Assembly (NCBI GenBank): GCA_022710715.1
Contig: JAKLGJ010000001.1
Span: 234,041 to 298,040 of the forward strand
DNA: 64,000 nucleotides
Reading direction: 5' to 3'
From: Candidatus Omnitrophota bacterium
GTDB taxonomy: Bacteria; Omnitrophota; Gorgyraeia; Gygaellales; Profunditerraquicolaceae
Shown: piece after piece, positions 29,634 to 39,214 of the stretch
Position numbering within the stretch: position 1 is the first letter of the stretch
How the letters are laid out: the number at the start of each line of letters is the position of its first letter
Program-made: the position numbers and the translations under genes
Notes under the pieces: generated by a model
What the model saw: only the letters and a program-made list of their open reading frames with translations
Told to the model about the DNA's origin: nothing
Databases searched by the model: none

Positions 29634-30448
29634 TGGTGCGTATCGGAATTGTCGGTTGCGGAGCGATAGGTTCTTCTCTGGCAGAGATTATTCGCAAGGA
29701 ACTGCGCGGCAAGGCTGAAGTCGCTGCGGTTTTTGACGTTGATACGCCTAAAGCGCTCAAGCTCGCTGCTGCGCTGGGAAAGAGCAAAAACGCGGTAGCC
29801 GCAGATCTTTCCCGGCTGATCAGTCGCTCGGATCTGGTCATTGAAGCCGCTTCTGCCGCTGCCGCCTGGACGATCTGCAAACAGGTTCTCTCCCGCGGCC
29901 GGGATGCGATGATCATGAGTGTGGGGGGTATCGTCGCCCATGCGCGGGAGCTGTCGGCTCTGGCCGCGCGCAAAAAAGCGCGCGTGTATGTCCCCAGCGG
30001 AGCGATCAGCGGTATAGACGGTTTGAAGGCGTCCGCCCGGGCAGGGTTGCGCCGGGTGACGTTGACTACCCGCAAGCCGCCGCAGGGGTTCAAATCCGTA
30101 GCGTACGTGCAGGCGAAAAAGATCGATCTGGAGCATATTACAAAAGACACGGTTTTGTTTTCCGGCACCGCCCGGCAGGCCATGAGCTATTTCCCGCAGA
30201 ATATCAATGTCGCCGGCGTCTTGAGCCTGGCGGGATTGGGAGACGCCAGGACCCGGGTCAGGATCATCGCTTCGCCCGGATTAACCCGCAATATTCATGA
30301 GATAGAGATCGTTTCGGCGGCCGGGACAGTCTTTACCCGGACCGAGAACGTGGTGCATCCGCACAATCCCAAGACGAGTTTTCTGGCAGTGCTGGCTGCG
30401 GCGGCTATGCTCCGGCAGATCGTTTCGCCGGTGAGAATCGGGACATAG
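29633..30448 (+). CDS. nadX: L-aspartate dehydrogenase (NadX-like).
   Basis: IGIVGCGAIG Rossmann N-terminus. Motifs PSGAISGIDGL, FPQNINVAGV and HNPKTSFLAVL match the aspartate dehydrogenase family closely. Confidence 0.75.
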   Translation: MVRIGIVGCGAIGSSLAEIIRKELRGKAEVAAVFDVDTPKALKLAAALGKSKNAVAADLSRLISRSDLVIEAASAAAAWTICKQVLSRGRDAMIMSVGGIVAHARELSALAARKKARVYVPSGAISGIDGLKASARAGLRRVTLTTRKPPQGFKSVAYVQAKKIDLEHITKDTVLFSGTARQAMSYFPQNINVAGVLSLAGLGDARTRVRIIASPGLTRNIHEIEIVSAAGTVFTRTENVVHPHNPKTSFLAVLAAAAMLRQIVSPVRIGT

Positions 30449-30493
30449 ATGTAGTTGTAGTATAAAATCTAATCCGAAAGGGGGTGAGCACAC

Positions 30494-30736
30494 ATGGCGG
30501 AAAAGGTAGTCAAAGCGGGTATCAAGAGACAGAAGGGTTACCTGTATTATCTTGACAAACAGGGTGATGTCTCCTGTGCCAAAATGGCAAGAGGTAAGGA
30601 GAAAGGCGGTAAGCCCAAGAAAGTCGCGAAATGCGGCGTCAAGAGAAAAGAAGGTTACCTCTATTTCATCGACAAGCAGGGTGATGTTTCCTGCGCGAAG
30701 ATGGTCAGAGGTGGCAAGAAAAAGAAAAAGAGATAA
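30494..30736 (+). CDS. Small lysine-rich protein built from an internal tandem duplication; function unknown.
   Basis: Two copies of about 38 aa, G[IV]KR.KGYLY[YF][LI]DKQGDVSCAKM.RG, then a poly-Lys tail. A good ribosome-binding site (AAAGGGGGTGAG) precedes it and a strong terminator follows. No signal peptide. Confidence 0.55.
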   Translation: MAEKVVKAGIKRQKGYLYYLDKQGDVSCAKMARGKEKGGKPKKVAKCGVKRKEGYLYFIDKQGDVSCAKMVRGGKKKKKR

Positions 30737-30761
30737 GCAGTTCGCATCATGAACCAAAGCC

Positions 30762-30796
30762 GGGGTCAGACCCTTTGGGGTCTGACCCCGATTTTC
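30762..30796 (+). terminator. Rho-independent terminator.
   Basis: GGGGTCAGACCC-TTTG-GGGTCTGACCCC perfect hairpin followed by GATTTTC. Confidence 0.75.
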
Positions 30797-30809
30797 AACG
30801 GATACGCTC

Positions 30810-33608
30810 ATGGAAGAATATATTTTCATCAAAGGCGCCCGGCAGCATAATCTCAAAAATATCGATTTGAAGCTGCCGCGCAACCAGTTTATCGTGGTTA
30901 CCGGATTGTCGGGTTCGGGGAAATCCAGCCTGGCATTCGACACTATCTACGCCGAAGGCCAGCGCCGGTATGTGGAGAGCCTTTCGAGTTACGCCCGGCA
31001 GTTCCTGGAGCAGTTGCAGAAACCCGACGTGGAATATATCGAAGGATTGTCTCCGGCTATAGCGATCGAGCAGCGGACCGCCGGCGGTAATCCCCGTTCC
31101 ACGGTCGGCACGCAGACCGAAATCTACGACTACCTGCGTTTGTTATTCGCGCGCATCGGGACCGTTTCGTGTTTCCAGTGCGGACAGCCCATCGAGCGGC
31201 AGAGCAGTCAGGAGATCGTCGAGCGCATACTGGCCATGCCGCAGAACACGCCTGTGCAGATCCTGGCTCCGATGATCAGCGGCCGCAAAGGCGAATACAA
31301 GGATATCTTCAGCCAGATCCAGAAAGCCGGATTCGTGCGGTGCCGCATCGACGGCGTCCAGTATGAACTGCCCGCGCCCAGAGTGAAACTGGCTAAATAC
31401 CAGACGCATTCCATTGAAGTGGTGGTGGATCGCCTGGCGATCAAGCCCGAGATCAAAACCCGGCTGACCGATTCCGTGGAGACCGCGCTCAAGACCGGCA
31501 AAGGCATAGTGATCGTCGCCGCCGGCAACGGCAAGGATATGGTTTTCAGCGAGCACTATGCCTGTTCGAAATGCGGCATCAGTATTCCCGAAGTAGAACC
31601 GCGTCTTTTTTCCTTCAATTCTCCTTTCGGCGCCTGTCCGGCCTGCAATGGTCTGGGTATCAAGCTGGAATTCGATCCGGACCTGGTCATTCCCGATAAA
31701 ACAAAATCCATCAACGAAGGGGCGATCGAAGCATGGAAACGCGGAGGGCGGGGGTATATTCTCTACTACCGCTGGTTGATCCGGGAATTGGCCCATCAGA
31801 TGCGTTTCAGCCTGGATGCGCCGTTCAATAAGCTGGGTAAACAGGCGCAGCAGGCGATTCTTTTCGGCAGCGAGGAATACGCCGGCGGAAAGCCGTTCGA
31901 AGGAGTGATCCCGCATCTGGAGCGCCTTTTCCGGGATTCGGACAGCGAATATCTCAAACAGGAGATCTCCCGTTTCATGTCCAGCCTGGATTGCCCGTTA
32001 TGTCACGGTAACCGCCTGAAAAAGGAAGCGCTGGCCGTGACCATTGCCGGTAAGAACATAGCCCAGGTCTGTAACCTGTCGATGCTGGAGAGCCGGCATT
32101 TCTTTCAATCTGTCAAGTTGAATGAGCGCCAGCAGATCATTGCCCACCAGATTTTCAAAGAGATCTGCCAGCGGTTGCAGTTCTGTATCGATGTGGGGCT
32201 GGATTATCTGACCCTGGACCGCAAGAGTTCGACCTTATCCGGGGGAGAAGCGCAGCGGGTGCGTCTGGCCACGCAGGTCGGTTCCGGACTGGTGGGGGTG
32301 CTGTACATACTGGATGAGCCGAGCATCGGTTTGCATCAGCGGGATACCGCTCGCCTGATCAATACGCTTAAAGCTTTACGCGACCTGGGCAATACCCTGA
32401 TCGTAGTCGAGCATGACGAATCGGTGATCATGTCCTCTGATTTCGTGGTTGATCTGGGTCCGGGAGCAGGCAGGCACGGCGGCGAGATCGTGTATGCCGG
32501 TACCCGGGAAGCGATGCTCAAGGGATCGGATTGTTTGACTGCCCGTTACCTGCGCGATGAACTGCAGATAGACGTTCCGGCTGCGCGCCGGCCGTGGAAA
32601 GATAAGCCCTGTCTGGAAATACTGGGCGCGGCGGAACATAATCTCAAGAATATTGACGTGAAGTTCCCTCTGGGGGTGTTTATCGGCGTAAGCGGGGTTT
32701 CCGGTTCAGGCAAATCCACGCTGATCAATGAGATATTCTATAAAGGTCTGGTCCGTGAATTGTATTCATCCCGGGAAAAAGCCGGCAAGCATAAACGTAT
32801 CTCCGGGATGCAGTTGATCGATAAAGTGATCATGGTCGACCAGGATCCTATCGGCAGGACCCCGCGTTCTAATCCGGCGACCTATACCGGGTTATATACT
32901 CCTATTCGCGATCTTTTCAGCCAGCTGCCGGAAGCCAAACTGCGGGGGTTCCGGCCGGGCAGGTTCTCGTTCAATGTCAAAGGCGGACGCTGCGAAGCCT
33001 GCGCCGGAGACGGGATCAAGAAAATCGAGATGCATTTCCTGCCCGATGTGTACGTTACCTGCGACGTCTGCAAGGGCAAGCGTTTCAACGAAGCCACGCT
33101 GGAAGTTAAATATAAAGGTAAGTCCATAGCTGATGTCCTGGAGATGACCGTGGAGGAAGGGCTGGACCTGTTCAGCGGCATACCCGGGATCAGGAATACG
33201 CTGCTGACGTTGTTCGACGTGGGGCTGGGGTATATTCAACTCGGCCAGCCCGCCACTACGTTATCCGGAGGCGAAGCGCAGCGCATTAAACTTTCTTCGG
33301 AGTTGAGCCGCCGGGCTACCGGGAAGACCATCTATATCCTGGACGAACCGACGACGGGTTTGCATTTTGCCGACGTTCAAAAGCTCATCAGCGTGCTGCA
33401 GCGGCTGGTGGATAAGGGGAATACCGTGTTGGTGATCGAGCATAACCTGGAAGTGATCAAATCCGCGGACTACATTGTCGATCTGGGGCCGGAAGGCGGC
33501 GATAAAGGCGGTGAAGTCGTGGCTGCCGGATCGCCGGAGGAATTGACCGCAGTGGCGGCTTCTTTTACCGGTCAGTACCTGAAGAAAGTATTGAAAACCC
33601 GCAGATAA
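30810..33608 (+). CDS. uvrA: Excinuclease ABC subunit A.
   Basis: Two ABC ATPase modules ([20 protein letters not shown]), both LSGGE signatures, and zinc-finger cysteines ([20 protein letters not shown]). Confidence 0.95.
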   Translation: MEEYIFIKGARQHNLKNIDLKLPRNQFIVVTGLSGSGKSSLAFDTIYAEGQRRYVESLSSYARQFLEQLQKPDVEYIEGLSPAIAIEQRTAGGNPRSTVGTQTEIYDYLRLLFARIGTVSCFQCGQPIERQSSQEIVERILAMPQNTPVQILAPMISGRKGEYKDIFSQIQKAGFVRCRIDGVQYELPAPRVKLAKYQTHSIEVVVDRLAIKPEIKTRLTDSVETALKTGKGIVIVAAGNGKDMVFSEHYACSKCGISIPEVEPRLFSFNSPFGACPACNGLGIKLEFDPDLVIPDKTKSINEGAIEAWKRGGRGYILYYRWLIRELAHQMRFSLDAPFNKLGKQAQQAILFGSEEYAGGKPFEGVIPHLERLFRDSDSEYLKQEISRFMSSLDCPLCHGNRLKKEALAVTIAGKNIAQVCNLSMLESRHFFQSVKLNERQQIIAHQIFKEICQRLQFCIDVGLDYLTLDRKSSTLSGGEAQRVRLATQVGSGLVGVLYILDEPSIGLHQRDTARLINTLKALRDLGNTLIVVEHDESVIMSSDFVVDLGPGAGRHGGEIVYAGTREAMLKGSDCLTARYLRDELQIDVPAARRPWKDKPCLEILGAAEHNLKNIDVKFPLGVFIGVSGVSGSGKSTLINEIFYKGLVRELYSSREKAGKHKRISGMQLIDKVIMVDQDPIGRTPRSNPATYTGLYTPIRDLFSQLPEAKLRGFRPGRFSFNVKGGRCEACAGDGIKKIEMHFLPDVYVTCDVCKGKRFNEATLEVKYKGKSIADVLEMTVEEGLDLFSGIPGIRNTLLTLFDVGLGYIQLGQPATTLSGGEAQRIKLSSELSRRATGKTIYILDEPTTGLHFADVQKLISVLQRLVDKGNTVLVIEHNLEVIKSADYIVDLGPEGGDKGGEVVAAGSPEELTAVAASFTGQYLKKVLKTRR

Positions 33609-33623
33609 GTTATATAATGAACT

Positions 33624-36119
33624 ATGCGATTTTTACGTCCGATCAAGATTATTTTCTGTTTGCTCATTCTGCTCGGCGCCTGGCGCCCGGCGCCTGTTGC
33701 CGCCCAGCAGGATGACGCCACCCGCCAGGAAGAGGCGCTGTTCGTCGCGCAGCGCGCCTTTGACGACGGATTCTACGATGTGGCACTCTCCATGCTGGAG
33801 CGTTTCCAGCTGAATTATCCTTCCTCGGCCAAGAATAACGAAGTCAACCTGCTCATGGGCCAGTGCCTGTTCCATCAGAACCGTTTTTATGAGGCACTGA
33901 AGAAATTTGAGGAATTGATCAGCCAACCCGACGCGAAATCCCTCAAAGACGCCGCGCTTTACTGGATAGCCGAAGTGCATTTCCGCGGCAACAATTTTGA
34001 GAAGGCCGCCGGCTATTATAAATCCATTATCACCGATTTTCCCCAGTCCCAGTATCTTTCTTCGGCTTATTATTCCATAGGGTGGTGCCTGTTCCAGGAT
34101 CAGCACTACAAAGAGGCGCTGGAGTATTTTTCCATGATGGAAGAAAAATTCCCCAAGCAGGCGCAGGCGGAAGAGGCCAACTTCAAGATCCTGGAATGCC
34201 TGTATAATCTTAAAGAATACACTGCTTTAAAAGACCGTGTTCAGCTGTATCTGCGCAGCTACGCCCAGGATAAGCTTAAAAGCGCGTATCTGTATTTCTA
34301 TTGGGCGGAAGCGGCGTTTTATCTGAATAGTTACCAGGAAGCCATCGAGTATTATACTCTGGCTGTCGCCAATACCGCCGATGAAAAACTGCAGGCTGTC
34401 GCCAAACTCGGGCTGGGGTGGTCGTCTTTGAAGTTAAAACAGTACAGCCAGGCCCAGGAGGCTTTCTCGGAGATCAAGATCGAGGCGCTGGGTAAAAAGA
34501 GCGCCGATGTGCTGTATCTGGGGCAGGCAGTGGTATTGTTCGAAACCGGAAAATTCGCCGAAGCCAGGAATATGTATGATCAGCTTTTGAAAAGCTCCAG
34601 CGATCCGGCAACGGTTTTTCAATCATATCTGGGCAAGGCGGACGCTTTGTACAGTCTGGGTGATTTCAAAGCCGCGAAAGACACGTATCAGGCCGCCGCG
34701 GCGAAGTTCCTCGATCAGAACGCCGCTTCCGCGTCCATCCCCGCGGAGATGGTGGATAAGCTGCATTACGGTATGGCCTGGGCGTATCTGAAAGAAGGGG
34801 CTTTTAAGGAAGCGATCCAGGAATTCAAGAAGATCGTCAAGTTGAGCGAAGACAAGATATTTAAAGTGAGCGCTCTCTGCCAGATCGGAGACGCGTACCA
34901 GGATTCCGGCGACTACGCCAAGGCGCTGGAGACCTACGACAGCATTTTACGCGATTTCCCGGACAGTTTCTATACCGATTATGTCCAGTATCAACTGGGC
35001 GTTACCCAGCTCAAGCTTTCCAATTACGAAGGCGCGATCGTCAGCTTTTCCAATCTCAAGCAACAATTCCCCTCGTCCAAACTGGTGGATGACGCTACCT
35101 ATGCTTTGGGCCTGGCGTATTTCCAGAAACAGGACTATGCCGCCAGCAAGGATATTTTCGAGAAATTCAGCGCTGAATTCAAGGACAGCAATCTGGCCGC
35201 CCAGGCGATGTACCTGTTAGGCAGCAGTCTCTACAACCTGGGGAAATACGAAGAGTCGATCGAGATCTTCAAGGATATCACGCGTCTCTACGGCAAGGAC
35301 GCCGAGCTGGTCCAGAAAGCGGAGTACGAGATTGCCGATTGTTTCTACCAGCTGGGAAATGAGAAAGAAGCGCTGGCGCGGTTCAATGCCCTGCGCGCGA
35401 AATATCCCGATTCCAGCCTGACCGTGGAGATCATGTGGTGGCTGGGCGATTATTATTACCGCCATGACGATCTGAACCTGGCGTTGCGGTATTTTTCATC
35501 GCTGATCCAGGATTTTCCGCAATCGAGCCTGGTGGCGGACGCGTATTACGCGCTGGGCTCGATCTACGCCCAGGAGGAGAAATATCCGGAGGCGATGGAC
35601 TATTTCCAGAAAGTCATCGACCTGCGTAAATCCGATCTTGCCGGGCAGGCGGCCGTTGCCATCGCCGATATCTTCGTCAAGAAAGGCGAACTGGATAATG
35701 CCATCCAGCGGTATGAAGAAAAACTCAAAGAATATCCTCATCTGGCGCATTTGATCTATCCCAAAATCGGTGATATCTATTACCGGAAAAATGATTTTGC
35801 CCGGGCGCTGGAACAGTATCGCAGGAGCATGGAATCGGTACCGCTGCGGCAGATGGCGGATATCCAGTTCAAGATAGCCGAGATTTTTCAGACCGAGGGC
35901 AAGAGTAAAGAAGCGGTTGAAGAATACCTGAAGGTCCTGTATCTGTATTCCGGCAACAAGGCGCTGGAAGTCAAAGCCCTCCTGCGCATCGCCCAGATGT
36001 ATGAGAATGAGGAAAACTGGCCCGAGGCAAAGAAGGCTTATCAGAAAATCATCGATATGAAAGTCCCGGAATCGCAGATTGCCCGGGAGCGGCTGGAAGC
36101 AATGGCTCAACAGAAATAA
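33624..36119 (+). CDS. Periplasmic tetratricopeptide-repeat (TPR) protein.
   Basis: Signal peptide. Many 34-residue TPR-like units repeat throughout the 831 aa (motifs of the form A..Y..G..Y....Y..A). It sits upstream of exbB/exbD-like genes. Confidence 0.75.
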   Translation: MRFLRPIKIIFCLLILLGAWRPAPVAAQQDDATRQEEALFVAQRAFDDGFYDVALSMLERFQLNYPSSAKNNEVNLLMGQCLFHQNRFYEALKKFEELISQPDAKSLKDAALYWIAEVHFRGNNFEKAAGYYKSIITDFPQSQYLSSAYYSIGWCLFQDQHYKEALEYFSMMEEKFPKQAQAEEANFKILECLYNLKEYTALKDRVQLYLRSYAQDKLKSAYLYFYWAEAAFYLNSYQEAIEYYTLAVANTADEKLQAVAKLGLGWSSLKLKQYSQAQEAFSEIKIEALGKKSADVLYLGQAVVLFETGKFAEARNMYDQLLKSSSDPATVFQSYLGKADALYSLGDFKAAKDTYQAAAAKFLDQNAASASIPAEMVDKLHYGMAWAYLKEGAFKEAIQEFKKIVKLSEDKIFKVSALCQIGDAYQDSGDYAKALETYDSILRDFPDSFYTDYVQYQLGVTQLKLSNYEGAIVSFSNLKQQFPSSKLVDDATYALGLAYFQKQDYAASKDIFEKFSAEFKDSNLAAQAMYLLGSSLYNLGKYEESIEIFKDITRLYGKDAELVQKAEYEIADCFYQLGNEKEALARFNALRAKYPDSSLTVEIMWWLGDYYYRHDDLNLALRYFSSLIQDFPQSSLVADAYYALGSIYAQEEKYPEAMDYFQKVIDLRKSDLAGQAAVAIADIFVKKGELDNAIQRYEEKLKEYPHLAHLIYPKIGDIYYRKNDFARALEQYRRSMESVPLRQMADIQFKIAEIFQTEGKSKEAVEEYLKVLYLYSGNKALEVKALLRIAQMYENEENWPEAKKAYQKIIDMKVPESQIARERLEAMAQQK

Positions 36120-36131
36120 TCGGGGGGAAAG

Positions 36132-36764
36132 ATGACCACAACGGTATACAGCGCCTGGCAGCTTTTTATCAGCGGCGGCCCGATGATGTGGCCGATCCTG
36201 CTGTGTTCGATCTTTGCCTGCGCCATCGTGCTGGAAAAGATGGTTTATTTACGCGCTATCCGCATGGATATCCGGAATTTTTTGAGCGAGCTGCTGGGAA
36301 AGATCAAACATCATCAGATCAAGGAAGCGTTGCAACTCTGCGACACTGCCAGGCATCCGGTCAGCGCGATACTCAAGGCCGGTATACTCAAATACGACCG
36401 TTCCCGCGTGCAGATCAAGGAGGCGATCGAAGACGCCTCCTTATATGAAATACCCAAGCTGGAACAGCATCTGCCCGCTCTGGCGGTCATTGCCCATATC
36501 TGTCCGCTGCTGGGGTTTCTGGGCACGCTGGCGGGTCTGGCCAGGTATTTCCAGGCGTTTGCCGCCCGGGCCCAGGCAACGCAGGCTATCACCGTAGCCG
36601 CGGTCAGCGCCGGTCTCTGGGAAGCGCTGTTGACGTCCATCGCCGGGCTGCTGGTGGCTATTCCGGTTTTTGTGGCCTATAACTATCTTGTCGGCCAGGT
36701 CAACGGCGTCATCCTCGATATGGAGAAGGCCAGTACGGAACTGGTTAACTTCCTTTCGGAGTAA
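36132..36764 (+). CDS. MotA/TolQ/ExbB family proton-channel protein.
   Basis: Three-TM topology with the conserved C-terminal TM pair (LGFLGTLAGL...GLLVAIPV). Confidence 0.8.
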   Translation: MTTTVYSAWQLFISGGPMMWPILLCSIFACAIVLEKMVYLRAIRMDIRNFLSELLGKIKHHQIKEALQLCDTARHPVSAILKAGILKYDRSRVQIKEAIEDASLYEIPKLEQHLPALAVIAHICPLLGFLGTLAGLARYFQAFAARAQATQAITVAAVSAGLWEALLTSIAGLLVAIPVFVAYNYLVGQVNGVILDMEKASTELVNFLSE

Positions 36765-36779
36765 GCAGGAGAGGCTGAC

Positions 36780-37181
36780 ATGAGATTCAAGCGCCGCATC
36801 AGTTACGACTATTCGATCGCCTCCATCACCTTTATCCCGCTGATCAATCTGCTGTGTTTATTGTTCTTCTTTTCCGCGGTGCAGTGCGGTCTTTTCGCGC
36901 AGCCCGGAGGCGTTCCGGTACGGCTGCCGTCTCTGTTGACCAGCGATGTTCTGCGTCGCGACCATATCCGCTTGACGTTGTCTGCCGACGCGCAGCTCTA
37001 TTATGCCAACGACCGGATATCGTTAAGCGATCTATCCCGTTTTTTGAAACTGGTCGGCCCGCGTGATCCCGCCGTTTTGATCCAGGCGCATAAAAAAACG
37101 CCGCTGGAGATAATCGCGCGCGTCTGGGATATCTGTCGTAAAGCCGGGATTACCGGCGTAAGCCTGGTGACCGAACCATGA
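36780..37181 (+). CDS. ExbD/TolR family biopolymer transport protein.
   Basis: About 130 aa with an N-terminal TM anchor (ITFIPLINLLCLLFFF) and a periplasmic domain. It is adjacent to the exbB-like gene. Confidence 0.75.
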   Translation: MRFKRRISYDYSIASITFIPLINLLCLLFFFSAVQCGLFAQPGGVPVRLPSLLTSDVLRRDHIRLTLSADAQLYYANDRISLSDLSRFLKLVGPRDPAVLIQAHKKTPLEIIARVWDICRKAGITGVSLVTEP

Positions 37182-37813
37182 TAACCGTTGCCTTACCCAG
37201 GAAATCGTTAGTGGCGGCTATTCTGGGCCATTGCGTTGCGCTGGGGTTGTTTATTTTTTCTTTCCCCGGCGGGCAGCTCCGGGAAGGGCTTCAGCCGGCG
37301 CTGGCGCCGCTGGTTTATTGCGGGTTGTTAGCCGTCAAACCGGCGCTTCAGCCGCAGAGCGCAGTTATCGCGGCCGGACGCGCTCTGCAGGCGCACCCCG
37401 CGGATATGGCCGCGTTGGCCCGCAGCAGGGAGGGATTTGTCCGGCGGGAGTATTATTATAAACCGGTTGCCGAAGAGCTTCAGGCGGAGAAAAAACTGTT
37501 TCTTGAACGCGCGCCGGTTTTCAACACGTTGCCGCAGCAGAGAGAGCCGGTATTATTATTCCATCCGCTGTTGCCGTATCAACTGCAATTATATTTCAAG
37601 GACCGGCAGGACGTTCATATAGAGCTGCAGTTCAAGATTCACGAGACGCTCAACCGCAATGCCATCGAGATCAAAAGAAAGGTATCCTCGGGCAATATCG
37701 AAGCCGATCTTTTGAGCCTGCGGTATATCAGCCATTATCTGTTTATACAGAAAGGCGGGTTCCAGACGAACCGATGGCATCCGGTAAAGATCGATCTCTC
37801 TACCGCGGAATAA
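37178..37813 (+). CDS. Hypothetical membrane-anchored protein. It occupies the position of a TonB/TolA partner but lacks recognisable TonB motifs.
   Basis: Translationally coupled to the exbD-like gene (ATGA overlap). One N-terminal TM segment. No Pro-rich spacer or TonB C-terminal signature seen. Confidence 0.35.
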   Translation: MITVALPRKSLVAAILGHCVALGLFIFSFPGGQLREGLQPALAPLVYCGLLAVKPALQPQSAVIAAGRALQAHPADMAALARSREGFVRREYYYKPVAEELQAEKKLFLERAPVFNTLPQQREPVLLFHPLLPYQLQLYFKDRQDVHIELQFKIHETLNRNAIEIKRKVSSGNIEADLLSLRYISHYLFIQKGGFQTNRWHPVKIDLSTAE

Positions 37814-37814
37814 G

Positions 37815-38036
37815 ATGATTACCATCGATTTTGTTTATGCGCTCGCTTTATTCTCGGGCGGCGCGCTTATCTGTCTCTTCGGTATCTGGTGCCTGGCCAG
37901 ACAGCAGCAGAAGAAAGAGATGTTCCTGAACCCGCGCTTCATCTGGTTTTGCGCAGTCTGCACTTACTCGTATATAAATACCAAAGACGAGGCTATCTCC
38001 CTGTGTCCCCGTTGCGGAAGTTACAACAGAAAATGA
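37815..38036 (+). CDS. Small membrane protein with a C-terminal zinc-ribbon.
   Basis: N-terminal TM helix, then CAVC...(19 aa)...CPRCGSY. Confidence 0.4.
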   Translation: MITIDFVYALALFSGGALICLFGIWCLARQQQKKEMFLNPRFIWFCAVCTYSYINTKDEAISLCPRCGSYNRK

Positions 38037-38082
38037 TTGACAGTAATACCCTTTGCCCATAGAATACATCAAAGGAGGTCGC

Positions 38083-38289
38083 ATGATTACTCAAATCGGT
38101 ATCGTTGCGGGAGAAATATGGCATTACCTGGATCAGCACGGCGGGGTCAACGTGTCTGAACTTACCAAAGGCATTGATCGGTCCAGAGATAATATTCTGA
38201 TGAGCCTGGGCTGGCTTGCCCGCGAGGGGCACGTTATTCTGCAGGAAAGTAACGGCGACTACAAAGTTTCTTTACGCAAGAATGGTTGA
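38083..38289 (+). CDS. Winged helix-turn-helix domain protein (DUF2582-like).
   Basis: MITQIGIVAGEIWHYLDQHGGVNVSELTKGI... resembles the small wHTH family common in anaerobes. The track ORF begins at 38053. Confidence 0.5.
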   Translation: MITQIGIVAGEIWHYLDQHGGVNVSELTKGIDRSRDNILMSLGWLAREGHVILQESNGDYKVSLRKNG

Positions 38290-38704
38290 CGGCCGGTTGA
38301 AGCTTGATAAAAAAGGCATTGCCATTTATCTGGTGCTGGGAGTGCTTCTTATCGTAGTGTTTCTGGGTGGCATGTTCATGACCTTTGTGGTCAGCCAGAG
38401 CCGCTTCAGCCACCATCAATTGAGCCGGATACAGGCGCTCTATGCGGCCAAAGCCGGGATGTATTATGCGATCGACCGGCTTAGTCAGCAGGATCCGAAC
38501 TGGTCGGCTGCGACGCCTTTCGAACGGTTTATCTGCCGGGAATCCGGCGCTGCCCATTGCAGCGACGCTACCACGCTGATCGATCCGCTGTTACCACATA
38601 CCATTAAATTGGTCAAGATCGCGGTCGGCGCTGCAAACTCCGGCATTCAGAACACCCGCACCATCAATATTACCGTAGATTATACCTATTCCGACAAGCA
38701 GTAA
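38282..38704 (+). CDS. PilX-like type IV pilus minor component (PilX_N-type).
   Basis: N-terminal TM segment followed by IQALYAAKAGMYYAIDRL, the hallmark PilX N-domain motif. I place the start at MVDGRLKL (38282) rather than the track ORF start at 38216. Confidence 0.5.
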   Translation: MVDGRLKLDKKGIAIYLVLGVLLIVVFLGGMFMTFVVSQSRFSHHQLSRIQALYAAKAGMYYAIDRLSQQDPNWSAATPFERFICRESGAAHCSDATTLIDPLLPHTIKLVKIAVGAANSGIQNTRTINITVDYTYSDKQ

Positions 38705-38953
38705 TCCCTTTCCCGAAAAATTGCTCAAATCCCTCGAATTCCTGCCGATACAATAACTGTATTCGTCATTCCCGGTTGGCGTCTGTGCGGTAACAAGTTC
38801 ATTACTTACAAACGGGCGGCAGTAAGCTGAAGTATGGATATAGTAGTATGCGGAAGTATAAGTAAAGCCGAGTAAGTTTAATGTAGATAATTATAGCGAT
38901 TAGTATAAAAACATAGAATTTATATCGTGATTATAAAAAAACACAAATTTTTC

Positions 38954-38983
38954 TTGACAATAATAAGATTTTATGTTTAAATT
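38954..38983 (+). promoter_or_regulatory. Sigma70-like promoter inside an AT-rich island upstream of the pilus operon.
   Basis: TTGACA, a 17-18-nt spacer, then TTAAAT/TAAATT. The surrounding roughly 300-bp intergenic region is markedly AT-rich compared with flanking coding DNA. Confidence 0.45.
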
Positions 38984-39022
38984 GAAAACAGTTAGACCTG
39001 GATACGCTAAACATAGAATATT

Positions 39023-39214
39023 ATGTCGAGATTAATCAATATTGAAGAGTTGGCAGACTACCTAAGAATACAGAAACAGACTATTTATAACTGGCTGTAT
39101 CAGGGTAAGATTGCCGGTATTAAAGTCGGCGGCGTCTGGAGATTTGACAGAAGAGAGATCGATGCTTGGTTGAAGAGCAGAAGGCGAATGCCTAAATCCG
39201 GAGACAGGCAATGA
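39023..39214 (+). CDS. Excisionase-family / MerR-like helix-turn-helix DNA-binding protein.
   Basis: 63 aa. EELADYLRIQKQTIYNWLYQGKIAGIKVGGVWRFDRREIDAWL is a typical HTH_17 motif. Its stop overlaps the pilM start. Confidence 0.65.
   Translation: MSRLINIEELADYLRIQKQTIYNWLYQGKIAGIKVGGVWRFDRREIDAWLKSRRRMPKSGDRQ

Noticed and set aside
30494-30752. Possibility that the small repeat protein gene and the overlapping 66-aa ORF (30552-30752) form a toxin-antitoxin pair.
   Set aside because: The 66-aa ORF is an alternate frame of the same region and has no ribosome-binding site. Only the repeat protein has a ribosome-binding site, codon periodicity and an internal protein-level duplication.
37178-37813. 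Calling the 211-aa protein TonB or TolA.
   Set aside because: It has only an N-terminal anchor, no proline-rich spacer and no recognisable TonB C-terminal sequence motif. I annotated it as hypothetical instead.
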